From NCBI RefSeq assembly GCF_009914755.1, contig NC_060930.1: a DNA stretch of 64,000 bases. One strand, written 5' to 3'. Positions 53,818 through 64,000 of the stretch are shown in pieces; within the stretch, counting starts at the first letter, position 1, and the number at the start of each line of letters is the position of its first letter. Position numbers and translations under genes: made by a program. The DNA comes from the human T2T-CHM13v2.0 reference genome, Homo sapiens. Under the pieces are notes generated by a model, which was not told where the DNA came from, made no database searches, and saw only the letters and a program-made list of their open reading frames with translations.

Positions 53818-53850
<33 letters not shown>
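53818..53850. repeat. Poly(T) tract (~33 nt)
   Basis: Direct inspection. Confidence 0.9.
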
Positions 53851-53853
<3 letters not shown>

Positions 53854-54566
53854 TTTTGTTGCTAGATAACCCTCTTTATTATTTTGATACTCAATGATAT
53901 AGATTTAGGTGAAAAAGTTGCTTGAACACATGATATAGCCCCCTTTTCGGGACAAATCTTTCATGTGAAAATGAGGCTTGAGGAAATATTTCGCAGTGGA
54001 AGACCACTGGGTTTGGAGCAGAGCAGTTTTGCTTTTGGCCTATCAGCTGACTCCCTTATGCAAGTCATTTAACTTCTGGGGGACTCAACTTTTCCATAAG
54101 GTCAAGGGAGATTAACTCCACCAGCCCCAAACTAACTCATAGACTTGTGACTTAGGAGAATAACAAAAACGAATAGACTTGAAGACCTTTAAAAACATTG
54201 AAAAGAATTACACACTGTAGCAGATATTATTGGTTGCCATGTCAAAATCTTTTGGCCATACTCTTAGTTTTAACAAAGATATGTACAGAAAATAATAGTT
54301 TTCCTGCAGAAAGGAATAGCACTTCAAAGACTCAATTAAGTACATTGACAATTAAAAGGGGAAGGTCATGGACTTGGGAAAGACACAAATCTGTGTTTGA
54401 GTCCAATCTGTATAACATTGGGCAGATTATTTAACTTCAGTCTCCTCAAATGTAAAATGGGGAAATGTATCCTGGTTTAAAATCACTCTTGTGAGTATTA
54501 GATAAAGTATATATAGCACCTGTGAAGTTAGCTGGAGTTACCCAGGGCCCTTGGACTCCAGAGTAG

Positions 54567-54929
<363 letters not shown>

Positions 54930-56205
54930 AATACTCTCTTTTAAATAAAATACTGGCTCTGCCTGCAGGAATCCTTATTGCCCCCTATCTAGTTGAGGTA
55001 GGCTAGCCTGGGGTCTGACTGAGAATATAACACATTTTGTCTTTCCCATATCTGATATCTAAATTGTTTGGTTCTCACTTTACCACAAGAATAAATTTTG
55101 TCGTATAGGTTCTTGTTAAAGATTCAAAGATGAATAAACTCCTCCAGCACATACTAAGAGCTCAGCAGATTAATACTTGAGAGAACTTTACAGATGTATT
55201 CACTCTAAATTATAATAAAGTTATAATTCTATTTTTCATTTCTAATTAAATCAGAAATGAATGAATCCAAGCATCAGAGATGAAAATGTATCTGTTCAGT
55301 CCCGTCTTTTTATGGATGAAGAAACCTAAATGACTTGCTTGTACAGAGCCCAGGCCTCTGATTCCCAGTGACATGCTGTGAGCTTTATACCTGCTGAGAC
55401 TTTCAGTCCTTGGGCCATTTACTTAGCTCCTTCTTAAAACCTCTTCAAGTTTGGTTTCAAGAAAAGAGTTGGTCCCTCCTGGAAAAGGGTGTGCTTTTTT
55501 TAAAGTCAAACCTAAAAACCCAACAACCCACCCACAGTGTCCTCTGGAGAACCCAAAGCCTGCATCAGGGCCCAGTTACAGAGAACAGCTCTTCCCAGAT
55601 GCCTGGAAGCAGCTAATGCTTCCAGGCCCTTTGGTGGTCTCTGTTTTGATTTCCTAATCGGGTGCTTTAGCTTAATCTGATAAGCTACCTCAAATCCTTT
55701 TGAAAGTAAGCAGGTTGTAAATCCTAAATAAATAAAACTACTGTGGCCACTGCAAGCCCAGGTTTGGGCTTCTGTCAAGGAGAATGATCTTCAACCTCCC
55801 CTTCCCTCCACCTCCCACGTGGGCCCAGAGTGCCTGCCTCCCTGGAACCCTTTTAAAGCTCCGGCTGCATCCTGGTGACAGCTGTGAATGCGCTAGGGAG
55901 AAACAGTGTTCCAACATTTGGCTTTCCCTAAAGGCAGAACAGGTGGTGGACAGGTAGTGTGTTAATTAGAAATAAACTTTATTATCAATTTAATTAGCCA
56001 TCCCAACTTCTGTCCTCTTATGCATAAGAAGTTGGATGAAAAGTTTGCTTGAAGTAGTATAGATGATCTCCTAACCATATTCCTGAAACCGAAGGTCCAC
56101 CCACCTAACCATTTAAACCAGAAACTTTGTTATTCTGCACTTTTCCTCCCTTTTCATGCCCTCAGACAATCACTTGACCAGTCCTGTGACTTCTACCATC
56201 TAAAC

Positions 56206-56381
56206 CAGTGGTTTTTAAGCCCAGATGCACATTAAAATCTGCAAGCCTTTAAAAGCACTGATGCCTGGGTCTCACCTCCAGGTATTCTGATTCAGTGGTC
56301 TCAATGCGGGACCTGGGCATTAGTATGTTTTAAAAAACTCCCCAGGGGGTTATAGCCTGCATCTAGGGTTGATAAGTTTGT
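56206..56381 (+). mobile_element. MER5B-like hAT-Charlie MITE
   Basis: CAGTGGTTTTTAA...GATGCCTGGG..TCACC...TTCTGATTCAGTGGTCT...CCTGGGCAT...CTCCCCAGG; flanks TCTAAAC/TCTAAGC. Confidence 0.7.
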
Positions 56382-56549
56382 CTAAGCCTAGCTTTAGTTC
56401 ATCCTATCCTTTCTACAAACACTGCCATTTCGGGGGGTGCATAGCTTCATGCCTTTCTTGAACCACTGAAATAGCCTCATAACTGACTTCCCTGCCTCCT
56501 GTCTTCTCTGAGCCACCTGTCACTGCTATGGTTTACCTCATTATAACAC

Positions 56550-57265
56550 TGTTGTGCTGGACCCTTTTTGACTTCAGTAGGGATGACACCATGTTCAAGA
56601 GGCTGAAGAAGAAACCCAGAGCCAGCAAAGGAGACACAGGGTTCATTGAGGGAAGTTACTTACAGGGCAGTCTGGTGGCAGTGGGGAGGACAGGAGAACC
56701 ACAACTGCTTGTAAAAAACATACAGTTTATAGTGTGTTTTCACTTAGCACCATTCCCCTAGCAACCTCCATCTGGCAACCTTCATTTAACCCAAGACAAA
56801 AGGCCTCAATCCTCTGTCTGGCCCGCATTCCATGGGATGGGCCAAGGGTTCAACTATTCCTCATAGATAAGAAATGAATCTCCGGGTTGGCTATTTCTGG
56901 ATTCTTTAGCTTGGAACTCTGATGCACATTCTTCTTCTTCTTTTTCTTTTTTCGAGAAAGTGTCTTGTTCTGTCACCCAAGCTGGAGTGCAGTGACATGA
57001 CCTCCTGGACTCAATCAATCCTCCTATCTCAGCCTCCTAAGTAGCTGGGACTACAGGTGCTTGCCACCATACCTGGCTAGTTTTTGTTATTTTTATTTTT
57101 ATTTTTTGTAGAGATGGGGTTTTGCCATGTTTCCCAGGCTCTTCTTGAACTCCTGGGCTCAAGTGATCCTCCCACCTATGCCTCCCAAAGTGCTGGGATT
57201 ACAGACATTAGCCATTGCTCCTGGCCCACAGGTTCTTCTTAAGTTATTGCCATGTCAGCCATTCA
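56550..57265 (-). mobile_element. ERV solo LTR (ERVL class, LTR32-like; family uncertain) interrupted by AluJ (~56937-57227)
   Basis: TG...CA ends with exact 5-bp TSD AACAC (56545-56549 / 57266-57270); Alu dimer inside. Confidence 0.7.
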
Positions 57266-57359
57266 AACACCAATTTGACTTTTTGGGGGGCCTCATGTCC
57301 CCAAGTTCCCTTTTCAGTCATGTGCAAATCCTTTCTTATCTGCATGATGGTGATTACTG

Positions 57360-57560
57360 ACATTTATTAAGGAATTGCTGAATGCCAAGTACGTGCCAAC
57401 CATACATATTTTATTTGATCCTCACAACAACCCAATGAGGTAGGTTCTCATTTTACAGAAAGGAGGTCAAGGTTTCCAGAGGTTAGCAAATTTCTAAGTC
57501 TTAGAAAAGTATGTGACAGAGGCAGGATTTAAATGCAGGCCTAACTTAACCATGAAAGTG
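57360..57560 (-). mobile_element. MIR SINE
   Basis: ATCCTCACAACAACCCAATGAGGTAGG..CATTTTACAGA..GGAGG..AAGGTT..CAGAGGTTA. Confidence 0.8.
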
Positions 57561-58324
57561 TTCTGCCTCTTGTTGAATTTAAAGATAGAAGAATAGACAT
57601 AGAAGTTTATAGCCTCTCCTTTCAGAGAGCCTGCTAAAATATTTGAAAAGATAAAAGAGGCTTAAGCTTGCAAGTACAAAGAGAATAGGAGAGAAGACAT
57701 TAATTGATGAAATATTTCAATCATATTTCAAAAGACAGGAAAGGAATGTAGGAAAGGTGTCTGATATAACCAGATTGAGGATATCATATCTTAAAGGACA
57801 AGCAAGAAGTTGGTACTAACAAGGAGACAATAAGTTAGTCCTGTAGACTCCTGGAGAAGCTCCGAAACTGAGGAATCCAGTACAGCAGAGAGTGTGGGAA
57901 TAAACTGAAGAATATGTTAACATGGGAAACAGTCTGTGTACCTCACTTACGGCTCAGGCATAGAACCCTAGCAGCTGTGTAATCACCCCCCCAGGCAGGA
58001 GGCTGATTATTCTTTGGAGAATGGGAGGCAAGAGCCTCAGGATTTGGAGACAATATGCACGGCCTGGCCCAGAATTAGTCATAGGGCTGCAAGCGAGAGA
58101 ATTAATTGCAAATCTGCCTATGGCATGGCCGTACTCCTCAGTGCTTTTCCCTCTCTTTGCTCCTAGGATGCAGGTTGCCTTTTAGACAGGACAGGAGGAT
58201 TCCTTGCTGGAGAAACTGAGCCGTTCCTAGGAAAAGAGATACAAAGTATGTTAGCATTTTGCAGTCCTCCAACAGGATGATGATTTCCTAACCAGTCAAA
58301 GTGAAGTCAACGTGGAATGGACTA

Positions 58325-58830
58325 CGTGAAGGAAGCCTGCATTCGTGTTCTATTGCCACTGTGACAAATTATCACAAACTAAGTGGCTTAAAACAAGATA
58401 AATGTATCAGTTCTCAGTTCCATAGATCAGAAGTCCAACACAGATATCACTGGGTGAACATCAAGGCCTTAGCAAGGCTGTGATCCTTTCTGGAGACTGT
58501 AAGGGGGAATTCATTTCTTTGCCTTTTTCCAGCTCTCCTTGGCTCATGGTCCCCTTCCTCCATCTTCAAAGCCAGCAATGTCAGCAAAGTCCTACTCCTG
58601 CGGATCCCTCCCTGGTCCTTTCTACCTCCCATTTTCCCTTCTAAGGACCCTTATGATCACTTTGAGTCCATCTGGATAGTCCAGGTTACTCTCCCCATCT
58701 TAAAGTCAACTGATTAACAACCTGAATTCCTTCGGGAATCTTAATTCCCCTTTGCCGTAAAACAACATATTCGCAGATTCTGTATATTAAGGGCAAGGAT
58801 ATCTCTGAGGGCCATTATTCTGCTCACCAC
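58325..58830 (-). mobile_element. MLT1 (C/D-like) MaLR LTR
   Basis: TGTGACAAATTATCACAAACTAAGTGGCTTAAAACAA...GGTCCCCTTCCTCCATCTTCAAAGCCAGC...GGCCATTATTCTGC.CACCACA. Confidence 0.85.
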
Positions 58831-58849
58831 ACTCTCCCCACGTGAAAGA

Positions 58850-59320
58850 GAAAGAGCAAAAACAACGAAGTCTGAGAAACTGCCACAGTTGAGAGGGGCC
58901 TAAGGAGACGTGATGATTGAATGTCCTGTAGGATCCTGGATGGAACAGAAAAAATCATTAGATAAAAAGTTAGGAAATGTGGGTAAAGGATGGGCTTGGA
59001 TTAAAACTATATCAATATTGGTTCATTCATTATAGTAAATGTGCTATTAAGATATTAATATTATTAATTTAATTTATAAGGAAAACTGGGTGTGGCATAT
59101 ACAGAAAATCTCTGTACTATCTTTACATGTTTTTGCAAATCTAAAACTATTCTAAAATAAAAAAAAATATTTTTTAAAAAAGGAAAAATAGTGGTTGCCC
59201 CTTGGAGTAGACTAGGAATGAAAGTGTGGGATAGAGGCGTCTTCTTATAATTTTCTCTTCTTGAAAATTACATTTTAAAACCACGTGAATGCATTATTTT
59301 GATGAAAATATTAAAATATA
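58850..59320 (+). mobile_element. L1MC-like 3'UTR fragment
   Basis: GAGAAACTGCCACAG..GAGAGGGGCCTAAGGAGAC..GA...GGATCCTGGA...CTCTGTACTATCTTT.CA...TAAAACTATTCTAAAATAA. Confidence 0.7.
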
Positions 59321-60086
59321 AAAAAAAGTTCCCCTCTTTGCTCATGCTTTTTCCTCCTTCTGTGATGACCTTCTCCTCATCTTTGTCCAGTAAATCTTGC
59401 TCAGATCTTTAAGACTCAAGACAAATGCCAGACTCTGAAATTTGTACCAATTACCCCAAGGAAAATTAATTATGCCCCCACTTTGTGTTACCCTTGCATT
59501 TGCATATGTAATTATGCAGCATATCACACCGCATCATTATTATTGGTTTAGTGTCTGTCTTCTCTACCAGGATGTGAGCTCCTGGAGGGCAAAAACTATC
59601 TTATCCATCTTTATGTCCTCAGTGATAATAGAGTAGCTGGCTCATAAGATACTAAAGAAATAGATACTGAGTTAATGACTGGGAAAAATGAATCAATAAA
59701 TGAATAAATTAACAGGAGGAGCAATCTACTGAAGAACCATTGGTTTATCCTCAGCATTTTTTAGTTCCAAGAAAGAAGAGGGGATTGTACTACAAAGGTT
59801 ATCAAGTCCTAGTCTGAATATGAGAATCAGATCAAGAAAATTACCATCTTGGCACACACTGGGAAGATAAGCTGGTGCCAAAACACTGGGCTTGTCAGCA
59901 AAAGTAATGTGTGTATGAGTTTAATATGAACTAAATAGAAAATATTCATAAAATACCTTTAAGAAAGCAAGATCATGTACTTCTACAACTGCAATGAAAA
60001 TATGCCATTTTTGTCCATTAAAATAATAGAATAAATTACCTGTAACAAAGTGGGATCAATGATACAAACTATATATTTAAAATATC

Positions 60087-64000
<3,914 letters not shown>

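Overview
Primate genomic DNA, very probably human chr6q21. The window holds the 5' end of FYN (Src-family tyrosine kinase) on the minus strand, recognised from memory of its 5'UTR sequence. It includes the CpG-island promoter (~29.7-30.8 kb), non-coding exon 1 (~30537-30053), the 26.3-kb intron 1, the 41-nt non-coding exon 2 (3714-3674) and the start of intron 2. No protein-coding exon is present. The ~33 kb upstream is repeat-rich and ends in the 3' 3.9 kb of a disrupted L1PA2-like element. Nearly all ORFs in the track come from Alu/L1/LTR sequence, GC-rich island sequence or chance. I find no convincing new multi-gene system. The best unexplained signals are: (1) a recursive-splice-site-like U18-...UAG|GUAAGU motif in the middle of FYN intron 1; (2) a start-stop AUG-UGA element in exon 1 that overlaps a cryptic 5' splice site, plus a 3-codon uORF in micro-exon 2; (3) a ~140-bp near-perfect inverted repeat at 48045-48185 whose mismatches become G-U pairs on the minus strand; (4) a nearly full-length fossil hAT-Blackjack transposon with transposase remnants; (5) a very young AluYc1-like insertion. 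Repeat family calls come from recalled consensus sequences, and boundaries without a stated target-site duplication (TSD) are approximate.
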